The notes: a model not told the origin generated them from the sequence alone. A stretch of 48,647 nt of DNA from Eubacteriales bacterium (GCA_045594605.1 JAZNYU010000163.1:1-48647), one strand, 5' to 3'; shown: positions 18,701 through 26,229, counted from the first letter of the stretch. Numbers and translations are program-made.

Positions 18701-21038
18701 CGAGGTCGTCGTTTACTGTACGGCATGCGATTACGTGTTCTCGAGAGAGACTATTCACACCGACGTGATCGGTCACAACGAGACCACCACAAGATACGAC
18801 TACAAGGACCCCACCTGCCAAGAGGAAGGCTACGTGGTTTACAGATACACCTGCACCGTGTGCGGTGAATACCGTGATAGCGAAAGAATCACCCTCGAGG
18901 CAACCGGTCACACCCCCGGTGAGTCCTATATCTCCAGCAGCATGGATCCTTCCTGCACGTATGAGGGATATGTTACAACCATCACGCCGTGCGCAAATTG
19001 CAGCGAGAACGTGGAAGAGAAGAAGGAGATCATTCCCAAACTTCCGCACACTCCCAACATCGATGCCCCCACTTGCACCCAAGAGCAGTCCTGCACGGTC
19101 TGCTACGCATTGATCGAGACCTTCGCTCCTCATGCCTACGTAGATACCGTAATCGAGGCACAGTGTCTTAACAGCGGTGGCATCCACCACGAATGCAGCC
19201 ATTGCGGCTCCAGCTATTTTGAGGTCACGCAAGAGGCGCTCGGTCACTCCTACAACATCGAGGCAGCTACCTGCGAGGAAGATAAGTATTGCCTGCGTTG
19301 CGACGTCATTGATGAATACGCAACCGGACACGAGGATGTTTGGGCAACCTGCACCACTCCTCACTACTGCGCTACCTGCGAAAAGGTCCTCTCTCCCGCT
19401 ACGGGACACGTCTTTAACGCAGAGGATGCTCCTACCTGCACAACCGAAAAATACTGTATCTCCTGCGGTCATGTAGAAGCAGAGGCACTCGGTCACGATC
19501 CCGATAAGGAAGCGCCCACCTGCGACGAGCCCGTATATTGCACAAGATGTCCTGCACTTCTGGAACATGCAATCGGCCATACCTATAACAATGAGGGCGG
19601 TGTTACCTGTACCGAGGATTACTACTGTACGACCTGTGGCGAAATATTCGGATACGCACGCGGACACGTACCGATGTTCGGTGACGTACAGTGCGAGGTC
19701 GACAACACCTGCATCAATTGCGGATTTGTAGTGGCGGAGGCAGCCGGTCACGCTTATGAGGCTGCAATACTCAGAGAGGTGAGCTGCCAAGCCGATGGTA
19801 TAATCTCTTACACCTGCCAAAGATGCTATTACTCCTACGAGGAATATCAGCCTCAACTGGAGCACGATCTCGTCAAGCAGGATGACGTTCCTTCTACCTG
19901 CACCCAGCAAGGACACACAGGCGCTACGGTCTGCTCTTTGTGCGGCCAGGTATTCGCTGCCGAAACAGTCCTGCCGTTTGCAGAGCACAAAGACCTTGAC
20001 GGCGACGAGCTTTGCGACGTGTGCGGCATTGACTTGAGTGTCGCTCATGATTGCGTGGACGGCGATAACAATCACAAATGCGACGTTTGCGATGCAACGC
20101 TTACCGTTCACGAGGTTACCGATGGCAAGCACACCTGCCTCTATTGCGGCGAGCGTGCAAGCGATTGCGAACAAAACGAATTTGGTTACTGTGACATCTG
20201 TCAGGTCAAGATCATCGGTCAAAGCGTTCACCTTAGCTCCGGCATCTCCATGCGCTACTTCGTTCAGGTGATCGATCCCAGCCTCATCGAAGGCAAGACT
20301 GTGACCATGGAATTCCACTTTATGGGCGACGTAAGAACCGTTGAGGGCGATTTCCTTAGTGAGACCTATATCCTGTTCTGCTTTGAGGGTATTGCTCCCG
20401 AGTATATGGGAGAGAACATCGATGCGTACCTCCTCATCGACGGTCAAAGAGTGGCTTCCAAGCTCTCCTACAGTGTTAAGACGAACCTGACCAATCTTCT
20501 TGCAAAGAATGCAAACGACGCGACATTGGTTCAACTGATCAACGATACCCTTGCTTACGGTGCGGCGGCACAAAAGGCAAAGAATTACAATGCAGATGCT
20601 CCCGTTACCGATGGCGTAGAGGGATTTGCACCTTCGCAAAACGTTCCCACCGAGCAAACGGTTGTTGAAAACAACACCGATGAGACGGCAAAGATCGAGT
20701 CCTATGAGGTCGTTGTAGGCAAGGTTGCTTACTTCCGCTTTGCCATCAAGCTTGCAACCTTTGATGGCATTACCATCCGCGTAAACGGAGAAGAGATCAG
20801 CCTTGACCACCTTGTTGTCAAGGGCGGCGGAGACTACGTGCTTTTGAGTGAGGGACTTATCATGGGTCTGGATTCTCCCGATTTCACCGTTGAGATCCTC
20901 AAGGACGGTGTCAGCGTTTCCAAGGTTGCAACCGGCATTGGCGCATTCGCCAATGAAGCGGCTTCGACCGAACAGAAGGATCTCATGCTTGCTATCTACA
21001 ATCTGCTGGCGTCGGCTCAAGCATATTTGTGGGGATAA
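12702..21038 (+). CDS. 2778-aa secreted giant surface protein: three GLUG-motif beta-helix-like regions, MBG/Ig-like repeats, long His/Cys module array, unassigned C-terminal domain
   Basis: RBS AGAAAGG at 12686-12692. Signal peptide MMRKMNVKMAILSLLMAMIMLVGVIAGASKMTEASA. The pattern Y(Y/F)xIxxxxxLxxF...FDGxG(Y/H)xISG(I/L)Y occurs three times, with GLUG-like GGIVG/GGIAG/GGISG/GGITG turns. YDGN / ITYENN...GTATATV MBG-like repeats. No LPXTG, SLH or C-terminal TM seen. Confidence 0.9.
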   Translation: MMRKMNVKMAILSLLMAMIMLVGVIAGASKMTEASAAEIPALPATEYVSPQSPTQPVPYDGVPVTPGKISSSNYRTYGLTDDNWSQYNGYYAIRNAKELYGFAELVRATQSPKQNAVLLADIVVNTEVSLENGATYTWTHMVKNPGHSAYIDGYGGTFDGNGYSISGIYSPSEKTNWGIFGSISGTGVVKNLVLKNSLFTAFGSAAPIAGYNYGLVSSCRIESSVMIYRDKTSGSGASGITEIRHTTETVDASNQTFTGGIENCFSNVTFNIFKNNYANLNNSGVITAKMPIRTKVNNNYGIESDGFRLIGELSTDVEGKWTTLKTQNDAHTCIPITHNQVNGTCYSSGLSAYTFCAVCEKVLSGEKTVLYGHTSDEFFYTQNKNDELKHDKRYLCCTEIAETTDHTYSNEACSLCGYEMFARMGDYASTKAKNLVITSDVTVEGDDHLHVSSGYTLTVNPGVTLTVNSNLYNAGTIINNGAIIVKGAYSGEGTVTCGETATYHPAFNENGFCQFCGDEDHPQVAPLVDGYYQIGNAGQLMWFSNFVGEGNTSANAKLVADIVFNEGDLSGLNGKTEGYRFWTPIGMIMNHENGVDSFVTYTGTFDGDGHFISGLYHFDYWSYDGYAGLFSKLGAGGVIKNVTVKNSYIATSRLAGAILGENRGGTVENCHNVNTTVASAARVGGIVGSNTSGIIKYCTNDGNVKFFMVNPDLAFGFTEFGGIAGSTAGTIEFCTNYSDIISADEIGDVGGISGQVYHGIVRNCVNEGNINVTDGTNFGGITGYQYHGTLTRNINYGTITGSGNLVGGVIGNPLGNGGRYTHNYTVGGSACGPVSRDGCYSITAAELANGRLAFELGIGQEIGVDARPTVGGPAVYAYFNESGVVNYTNDANYICYHAGGTATCDARAVCDGCRNPYGDIPEGAHQFEITGREDKPNCTVCGGRCGVVAPHNTNYTDYCAVCGDWIGPELAEDGFYEIKTFGNLMWFAEEVNAGNYGLNARLMKNIVATVTFRSYDWKPIGGSSFDDTSVGYEGVFDGQGYTIALFPQAMTPEHDNAVLGLFGTLKSGAVVKNLSISNRQDNYLSSKGTTYSYDGEYTVYFGLIAGRVLSGATVSDCRVANGSVSISNGTLGAIVGINYGTVKNCVSYGMTLTGPEGRVGGIVGDYNGGTVVNCFTTYTSIGSTAEGFVGTSTGSEAGISEARMASGEITHKMNVYAGADVWYQEIGIGGPLMNSESDYVGKIVYLHNFGAITLYSNKTNEFTLLQDFEIKSGKTLTIPQKMTLIVPEGVTLTNNGTLIKNGTLKGEGTLDGLGNFYMTEIDRDLIPTIGDIVYDGNDHTNDVDIAVSAVFSALGKTFTPKGYTFHKNFTNVKDAGYYEIGYVLGAEEYLVRFNVTPLAVSNDNVSLEYTEVFYNGTEQQPVALLAGFEVSLGKDYYITYENNKSAGTATATVTFRGNFSGEFTKEFTIKSVVIGTEAIAEAPESIVFSGLELDPVTITVDGVRLVRDVDYTVTYENNVYPGTATATVVGIGSVSGEASFTFEITKPAFTVTVLDQILPYNEDINVKPFDHTMYEGEGLVEGHTVVLGEPLISGDTDEMITVLQILDANGIDVLEYYDITVLATGKYHMFYDAYVWDNDGYHWRNCAYNCDEKADYEKHHGGVVSCSEDGSCIDCGLTYLFATGEHNYVNGVCGCGFDPEFVFVVDTDNNGQHSGSETGFSANGIHNIFYYPDNQYVVVKDFAGDFSGVGQNDTTVILDLRGHTIDMTDALYPFSMQAQNLVVIFKSTTEEMGVLIGATQLAVDSVTFTLDNIRHEGTLYNMGTIHVINGSLLYSEITNRGTIYLPEGYDLSTFVSYTGSGTLYVGEKAFVYNAESGKLECASDHDWVDADCTNAKYCSICEKIDGEPLGHSTSGPATCEEDEVCTVCSAIVNEKLGHTEEEIPAVEPGCDTVGSTVGSKCTTCGEFIITPDVLPARGHTEASPVIENVVNNGCDAPGSYEVVVYCTACDYVFSRETIHTDVIGHNETTTRYDYKDPTCQEEGYVVYRYTCTVCGEYRDSERITLEATGHTPGESYISSSMDPSCTYEGYVTTITPCANCSENVEEKKEIIPKLPHTPNIDAPTCTQEQSCTVCYALIETFAPHAYVDTVIEAQCLNSGGIHHECSHCGSSYFEVTQEALGHSYNIEAATCEEDKYCLRCDVIDEYATGHEDVWATCTTPHYCATCEKVLSPATGHVFNAEDAPTCTTEKYCISCGHVEAEALGHDPDKEAPTCDEPVYCTRCPALLEHAIGHTYNNEGGVTCTEDYYCTTCGEIFGYARGHVPMFGDVQCEVDNTCINCGFVVAEAAGHAYEAAILREVSCQADGIISYTCQRCYYSYEEYQPQLEHDLVKQDDVPSTCTQQGHTGATVCSLCGQVFAAETVLPFAEHKDLDGDELCDVCGIDLSVAHDCVDGDNNHKCDVCDATLTVHEVTDGKHTCLYCGERASDCEQNEFGYCDICQVKIIGQSVHLSSGISMRYFVQVIDPSLIEGKTVTMEFHFMGDVRTVEGDFLSETYILFCFEGIAPEYMGENIDAYLLIDGQRVASKLSYSVKTNLTNLLAKNANDATLVQLINDTLAYGAAAQKAKNYNADAPVTDGVEGFAPSQNVPTEQTVVENNTDETAKIESYEVVVGKVAYFRFAIKLATFDGITIRVNGEEISLDHLVVKGGGDYVLLSEGLIMGLDSPDFTVEILKDGVSVSKVATGIGAFANEAASTEQKDLMLAIYNLLASAQAYLWG
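18342..20201 (+). repeat. Protein-level array of about 20 His/Cys modules (C-x5-C-x2-C and C-x9-11-C-x2-C, mostly ending in GH) inside the giant gene
   Basis: Hand count of 20 CxxC motifs (CSIC, CTVC, CTTC, CTAC, CTVC, CANC, CTVC, CSHC, CLRC, CATC, CISC, CTRC, CTTC, CINC, CQRC, CSLC, CDVC, CDVC, CLYC, CDIC). Most are preceded by a single Cys at fixed spacing and flanked by (L/T/R)GH. Confidence 0.85.
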
Positions 21039-21050
21039 GAAAGGCTGAAG

Positions 21051-21093
21051 ATAGGCTGTCATTTTGACGGCAACCGTTTTGGTGACAGCCTAT
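21051..21093 (+). other. Intercistronic compound hairpin between the giant gene and the 304-aa lipoprotein gene
   Basis: ATAGGCTGTCA...TGACAGCCTAT with an inner ACGG-CAA-CCGT stem. No U-tract follows. Confidence 0.5.
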
Positions 21094-21131
21094 TCAAACA
21101 ACAAAAATAATAACGAAATAAAGGTGAAAAT

Positions 21132-22046
21132 ATGAAAAAATCAATCTTAATACTTACATTTTCCATATTGATCGTTGCTTTGTGCGCCTTTCTCGGTTCT
21201 TGTAAGAGCGAGTGTGTTCACACGTATGACAACGCTTGCGACACCGCCTGCAACCTGTGTGGTGAAACTCGCGCGGTATCGCACGATATGACAGATGCGA
21301 CCTGCGACACCCCCGCCACCTGCAAGGTGTGCGGCAAAGCAGGGGATGCGGCGCTCGGCCACAAGTGGGCAGAGGCAACCTGCGAAAAGGCTGCAACCTG
21401 CAGAGCCTGCGGCAAAACCAACGGCGAAGCACTCGGTCACAAATGGACAGATGCAACCTGCACCACTCCCAAGACCTGCGGCACTTGCGGCGAGACCGAA
21501 GGCGAAGCACTTGGTCACAAATGGACAGATGCGACCTGCACCACTCCCAAGACCTGCGGTGTTTGTGGTGAGACCGAGGGCGAAGCACTCGGCCACAAGT
21601 GGGATAACGCAAGCTGCACCGCATCCAAGACCTGTGGCGTTTGCGGCGAGACCGAAGGCGCTGCGGCAGGGCACGATTGGGTAGATGCAACCTGTACCGC
21701 TCCCAAGACCTGTGATACTTGCGGCGAGACCGAAGGCGAAGCGCTTGGTCACGAGTGGACAGATGCTACCTGCACTGCTCCCAAGACCTGTGGCGTTTGC
21801 GGTGAGAGCGAGGGTGACGCACTGCCTCACACTCCCGATGCCGATGACGGCGACTGCACAACGGCTGTTCACTGTTCCGCCTGCGGCGACGTTCTGAAGA
21901 ACGCTACCGACGGACACATTGACTCCGATGAGAGCGGACTGTGTGACCGTGAGGGATGCAACCAAACGGTTGAATCCAGTATTGAAGAAGAAACCGAGCC
22001 CGGCAGTGGCGGCGGGTTCGACTTCCCAATGGATGAAAACCCCTAA
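21132..22046 (+). CDS. 304-aa lipoprotein consisting almost entirely of 26-aa His/Trp/Cys repeat modules
   Basis: RBS AAAGGTGAAAATATG. Lipobox CAFLGS-C. The module HKWTDATCTTPKTCGxCGETEGEALG is repeated. Acidic C-terminal tail. Confidence 0.85.
   Translation: MKKSILILTFSILIVALCAFLGSCKSECVHTYDNACDTACNLCGETRAVSHDMTDATCDTPATCKVCGKAGDAALGHKWAEATCEKAATCRACGKTNGEALGHKWTDATCTTPKTCGTCGETEGEALGHKWTDATCTTPKTCGVCGETEGEALGHKWDNASCTASKTCGVCGETEGAAAGHDWVDATCTAPKTCDTCGETEGEALGHEWTDATCTAPKTCGVCGESEGDALPHTPDADDGDCTTAVHCSACGDVLKNATDGHIDSDESGLCDREGCNQTVESSIEEETEPGSGGGFDFPMDENP
21282..21827 (+). repeat. 7 x 78-bp in-frame tandem repeat (26-aa module H-x-W-x3-C-x5-C-x2-C-G-x7-G)
   Basis: Unit starts (CAC His codons) are at 21360, 21438, 21516, 21594, 21672 and 21750, preceded by a more divergent unit at 21282. 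The period is exactly 78 bp. Confidence 0.9.
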
Positions 22047-22058
22047 AGCTATCAATAA

Positions 22059-22095
22059 AAAAGAGGGGCTGCTCGGTTGAGCAGCCCTTCTTTTA
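22059..22095 (+). terminator. Rho-independent terminator ending the giant-gene/lipoprotein operon
   Basis: AAGAGGGGCTGCTC-GGTT-GAGCAGCCCTTCTT followed by TTTT. Confidence 0.85.
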
Positions 22096-22174
22096 TTGGG
22101 TTCTTTGCGGTTGAGAATATTTCTTTGCCACGTTGTCTCTCGACAAAAACAACGCCTTTCCGCTTGATATTTAC

Positions 22175-22203
22175 TTGACATAGAGCAAAAAATATGATAG
22201 AAT
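22175..22203 (+). promoter_or_regulatory. Sigma-A promoter for malQ-glgP
   Basis: TTGACA (22175-22180), 17-nt spacer, TGa-TAGAAT (22198-22203). Confidence 0.7.
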
Positions 22204-22247
22204 ATTAGAGTGACTGTTTAAAATACAATGCAAAGGGGAATTAGAGA

Positions 22248-23777
22248 ATGAAACAGCGTTATGCAGGAATTTTATTGCCAATTACCGCGTTGCCGTCTCC
22301 CTATGGGGTTGGAACACTTGGTGCGCAAGCAAGAAGCTTTGTCGATTTTCTTGTTCGTTCCAAGCAAACGGTTTGGCAAGTACTGCCTCTTGTGCCCACG
22401 GGCTACGGAGATTCTCCGTACGCTTCCTCGTGTGCCATTGCGGGCAGTCCCTACTTAATTGATATAGAAGAACTGATCGCTCGCGGCTTGCTGACAGAAA
22501 AAGAGGCAGAGGAGTATTCCTGTGCTCCCGAGGGAGAGCAGGTAGGACGTGTGAACTATGAGGCACTGTTCTATCGTCGCATTCCGCTTTTAAAGATCGC
22601 GTTTTCGCGCTTCGATTGCAACGATCCCGCCTTTAAGGCGTTCTTAGAAAAGGGCGAGTATGCCGATTTTGCCGCATTTATGGCAATCAAAGAGGCACAT
22701 GGCTGGCGCGCACTTTCCACTTGGGAAGAGAAGTATCGCACACGCGATGCAGCAGCGCTGGATGCCTTCCTTTCCAAAAACGCGGATGCGGTCCTGTTCT
22801 GGCAATTCACGCAATACGAGTTCTTCCGTCAATGGAAGGAGCTCAAGGACTATGCCAACGCACGCGGCGTTGAAATTATGGGTGATATGCCGCTTTACGT
22901 CTCCGAGGACAGTGCCGAGGTTTGGGCACATCCCGAGCTCTTCTTGCTCAACGGTGACGGCGCACCCACCGAGGTGGCAGGCGTTCCGCCCGATTACTTC
23001 AGCGAGGACGGTCAGCTTTGGGGCAACCCCCTCTACGATTGGGAAAAGATGAAAGCCGACGGCTACTCCTGGTGGACGGCAAGACTGCAAAAGGCACTTT
23101 CTATGTACGACATCGTACGCATCGACCACTTCCGCGGCTTCGACCGCTTCTACGCGATCCCCGCAGGCAGCAAGAATGCCAAGGTAGGGCGCTGGTGCGA
23201 CGGTCCCAAGGAATCTCTCTTTGAGGGCAAAAAGGATTGGAAGATCATTGCCGAGGACCTCGGTATTCTTGATGACGGCGTTTACCGCCTGATGCGCAAT
23301 GTGGGATACCCCCGCATGAAGGTTTTGGAGTTTGCATTTGACGGCAACCCCGAGCAGGAATTCAAGCCCTCGAACTATGAGAGCGACAACTGCGTCGTTT
23401 ACACCGGCACACATGACAATGCAACCTTTATTGAATTTTTGCAGGATCTTGATACCGATGCACGCGACGTGTTCTACAAGGATCTCGCATCCGAGTGCAA
23501 AAAGGGAAGAAAGCGCTTTGCTTACTGCTCCTGTCAGGTAAACGATCCCGAAACCATGCAACGTGCCCGCGAGGCAACGGTGCGCTTGGCATACGGTTGT
23601 TGCGCAAAATATGTGATCCTGCCTCTGCAGGATCTCCTTGGAACGGGCTCTGAATCCCGTATGAATACCCCCGGAACGCTCAGCGACCGCAACTGGAGCT
23701 GGCGCTATGAGAAAGAAAATCTTACGGGTGCGTTGGCACGCAAGCTGGCGCGTATGGTAAAAAAAGCAAACAGATAA
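22248..23777 (+). CDS. malQ: 4-alpha-glucanotransferase (amylomaltase, GH77)
   Basis: N-terminus RYAGILLPITALPSPYGVGTLGAQARSFVDFLVRSKQTVWQVLPLVPTGYGDSPY is characteristic of MalQ. ~509 aa. Confidence 0.9.
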   Translation: MKQRYAGILLPITALPSPYGVGTLGAQARSFVDFLVRSKQTVWQVLPLVPTGYGDSPYASSCAIAGSPYLIDIEELIARGLLTEKEAEEYSCAPEGEQVGRVNYEALFYRRIPLLKIAFSRFDCNDPAFKAFLEKGEYADFAAFMAIKEAHGWRALSTWEEKYRTRDAAALDAFLSKNADAVLFWQFTQYEFFRQWKELKDYANARGVEIMGDMPLYVSEDSAEVWAHPELFLLNGDGAPTEVAGVPPDYFSEDGQLWGNPLYDWEKMKADGYSWWTARLQKALSMYDIVRIDHFRGFDRFYAIPAGSKNAKVGRWCDGPKESLFEGKKDWKIIAEDLGILDDGVYRLMRNVGYPRMKVLEFAFDGNPEQEFKPSNYESDNCVVYTGTHDNATFIEFLQDLDTDARDVFYKDLASECKKGRKRFAYCSCQVNDPETMQRAREATVRLAYGCCAKYVILPLQDLLGTGSESRMNTPGTLSDRNWSWRYEKENLTGALARKLARMVKKANR

Positions 23778-23807
23778 TTCATCGCAAAGCAAAGGAACTT
23801 GATAACT

Positions 23808-26117
23808 ATGAACAAATGGATCAAACAGGTTGAAAATCTGCTCAAGGCAAACGACGGTGTCAATATTCAAACCGCATCCACCCCCGAACTCTACCGCGCG
23901 GTCAGCCGCGCCACCATGGCAGAAATCGCCGACAAGTGGCAGGAATGCAAAGAAAAATCCACCAAACGGGTTGGCTATCTTTCGGCAGAGTTTTTGGTAG
24001 GACGTGCGATCTTTGCAAACCTTTACAACCTTGGCAAGCTTGACGAGGTAAAGGCAATTCTTGCAGAGCGTGGCGTGGATATTACCGCATTTGAGGATAT
24101 TGAGGATGCTGCACTCGGTAACGGCGGTCTTGGCCGTCTTGCTGCTTGCTATCTGGAGTCGGGTGCCACCGTTGGTATTCCGCTCGACGGCTACGGTATT
24201 CGTTACCGCTACGGCTTGTTCCGTCAAAGCTTTGAGAACGGCTTCCAAAGAGAGAACGCAGACGACTGGCAAAAGCACGGCGACCCTTGGAGCTACCGTA
24301 AAGAAGAGGAGAGCGTGCTTGTAAAGTTCTCGGACTTCACCACCAAGGCGGTTCCTTACGATATGCCCATCGTCGGCTACGGCGGCAAGACCATCAACAC
24401 GCTCCGTCTGTGGCAGAGTGAGCAGCCCGGCAGCTTTGACTTTGCGGCGTTTGACAGTATGCAGATCGATAAGATCGCAAAGGACAACGTGCGTTGCGAA
24501 AGCATCAGCTACGCCCTCTATCCCAATGACTCCACAGAGAAGGGCAGACTCCTCCGTTTGCGTCAGGAATACTTCTTTGCATCGGCCTCGGTGCAGGATC
24601 TCATCCGCAAGCATAAAGCAAAGGGACTCCCGATCGAAAAGATCAACGAGTACGTTTCTCTCCAGCTCAACGATACGCACCCCGTATTCGCCATTCCCGA
24701 GTTCATCCGCCTTGTTATGAAGGAAGGCTTGAAGTTTGAAAAAGCATTCCTTCTGGCGCGCTCGGTATTCAACTTTACCAACCACACCATCCTCGGTGAG
24801 GCACTTGAACGCTTGGATATGAACCGCGTGCGCAAGCTGCTCCCCGAAATTGCAAGGATCCTGAACAAGATGCAAGCACGTATCGAAAAGGAATTCCCGG
24901 ACGGCAAGCTCTTCCTCATCAGAGATAACACCGTACATATGGCAAACGTAGCTATTTACGCGGGCAACAAGATCAACGGCGTTGCCGCACTGCACACCAA
25001 GATCCTCAAGGAGAGCACCTTCCGCGATTGGTACGAAGCCTATCCCGAGCGCTTCCTCAACGTTACAAACGGCGTAACGCCTCGCCGCTGGCTCGCACTC
25101 TGCAACCCCGAGCTCTCCGCTCTGATCACCGAAAAAATCGGCGACGGCTGGCAGGCAGATCTGGAGCGCCTCAAGGAGCTTGAAAAATACGCCGACGATC
25201 CCGAGGTTCGCCGCGCATTCGCAGAGATCAAGTATATCAAAAAGAAACAGCTTTCTGAGTATGTTCTCAAAAAAGAGGGCGTTGAGCTGCCCCCTCATTT
25301 CATCTTTGACGTGCAGGCAAAGCGACTCCACGAGTACAAGCGCCAGCTGATGAACGCATTCTCCATCCTTTATTATTACTTCCGCATTAAAGAAGGCAAG
25401 GAGCCGAACTTTAAGCCCACCGCATTCATCTTTGGTGCAAAGGCAGCTCCCGCTTACTACAACGCAAAGGGCATTATCAAGTTCACCAATGCCATTGCCG
25501 ATAAGGTCAACAACGATCCCAATGTCAACGATAAGTTGCGCGTTGTCTTTGTTACCGACTACAACGTTTCCTACGCCGAAAAGATCATGCCGGCAGCTGA
25601 TATCTCCGAGCAGATCTCTATGGCGGGCATGGAAGCCAGCGGCACGGGTAACATGAAGTTCATGCTCAACGGCACGGTAACCCTTGGCACAATGGACGGC
25701 GCAAACGTTGAAATTTGCGAAGAAGCCGGACGTGAAAATGAATATATCTTTGGAGCAACTGTTGAAGAAGTAAAAGAGATCAAACGCGACTACCGTCCCT
25801 GGGACATTTACAACAGCGATCCCGAGCTCAAGAGAATCGTTGATACCCTGGACGACGGCACCTTTGACGATGCGGGAAGCGGCATGCTTCGCTCGGTCAA
25901 GGAATCGCTCTTTGGCGGCTGGAGCGCCGACCACTACCTCGTGCTCAAGGACTTCCGCGATTACGTGCGTGTTAAGAGCGAATTGAACCGCGACTACGGC
26001 AGCGAGGAGTTCCTTGCAAAGTGCATTCGCAACACGGCAAACGGCGGCAAATTCTCGTCCGACCGCTCCATCCTCGACTACGCGAAAAACGTTTGGAACG
26101 TAACCCCTAAAAAATAA
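23808..26117 (+). CDS. glgP: Glycogen/maltodextrin phosphorylase (GT35)
   Basis: PLP-site motif EASGTGNMKFMLNG. GNGGLGRLAACYLES. ~769 aa. ATG 23808 preferred over the track TTG 23799. Confidence 0.9.
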   Translation: MNKWIKQVENLLKANDGVNIQTASTPELYRAVSRATMAEIADKWQECKEKSTKRVGYLSAEFLVGRAIFANLYNLGKLDEVKAILAERGVDITAFEDIEDAALGNGGLGRLAACYLESGATVGIPLDGYGIRYRYGLFRQSFENGFQRENADDWQKHGDPWSYRKEEESVLVKFSDFTTKAVPYDMPIVGYGGKTINTLRLWQSEQPGSFDFAAFDSMQIDKIAKDNVRCESISYALYPNDSTEKGRLLRLRQEYFFASASVQDLIRKHKAKGLPIEKINEYVSLQLNDTHPVFAIPEFIRLVMKEGLKFEKAFLLARSVFNFTNHTILGEALERLDMNRVRKLLPEIARILNKMQARIEKEFPDGKLFLIRDNTVHMANVAIYAGNKINGVAALHTKILKESTFRDWYEAYPERFLNVTNGVTPRRWLALCNPELSALITEKIGDGWQADLERLKELEKYADDPEVRRAFAEIKYIKKKQLSEYVLKKEGVELPPHFIFDVQAKRLHEYKRQLMNAFSILYYYFRIKEGKEPNFKPTAFIFGAKAAPAYYNAKGIIKFTNAIADKVNNDPNVNDKLRVVFVTDYNVSYAEKIMPAADISEQISMAGMEASGTGNMKFMLNGTVTLGTMDGANVEICEEAGRENEYIFGATVEEVKEIKRDYRPWDIYNSDPELKRIVDTLDDGTFDDAGSGMLRSVKESLFGGWSADHYLVLKDFRDYVRVKSELNRDYGSEEFLAKCIRNTANGGKFSSDRSILDYAKNVWNVTPKK

Positions 26118-26133
26118 AAAAAGAACCGCAAAA

Positions 26134-26164
26134 AGCGCCCATCCACCGATGGGCGCTCTTTTTG
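26134..26164 (+). terminator. Rho-independent terminator after glgP
   Basis: AGCGCCCATC-CACC-GATGGGCGCT followed by CTTTTT. Confidence 0.85.
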
Positions 26165-26194
26165 CGTGCAATAACAAAATAGGGAAGAGAAACA

Positions 26195-26229
26195 AACAAA
26201 AAAGGAACCACACCCGAGGGTGTGGTTCC
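26195..26229 (-). terminator. Rho-independent terminator for the minus-strand 1007-aa lipoprotein gene
   Basis: On the minus strand, GGAACCACAC..GTGTGGTTCC is followed by TTTTTTGTTTG. Confidence 0.8.

Noticed and set aside
16629-21062. A very long antisense ORF (1477 aa) opposite the giant gene. Similar ones lie at 13398-16541 (1047 aa), 532-3021 (829 aa), 26311-29304 (997 aa), 36878-38161 (427 aa), 38529-39740 (403 aa) and 33769-34536 (255 aa).
   Set aside because: Each is in exact codon register with the annotated sense gene; I checked start positions modulo 3. In that register, antisense stops correspond to sense TTA, CTA and TCA codons, which this genome evidently avoids. The translations are low-complexity (Val/Ala/Gly/Cys-rich), and have no RBS and no recognisable motifs. 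This is a codon-bias artefact, not overlapping genes.
21051-21093. The hairpin after the giant gene read as a terminator separating it from the 304-aa lipoprotein gene.
   Set aside because: No U-tract follows on either strand, and there is no convincing promoter before 21132. It is more likely an intra-operon processing or stability element.
21282-21827. Regular 78-bp periodicity that could superficially resemble a CRISPR array or satellite.
   Set aside because: There is no repeat/spacer alternation. The whole unit is repeated, in frame, inside a well-supported lipoprotein CDS. No cas genes or leader are present.
22644-26213. A 1189-aa antisense ORF spanning both malQ and glgP.
   Set aside because: The explanation is the same mirror-frame one. 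malQ and glgP happen to share a frame (both start positions are 0 modulo 3) and the 30-nt spacer has no antisense stop. Both sense genes carry unmistakable enzyme motifs.
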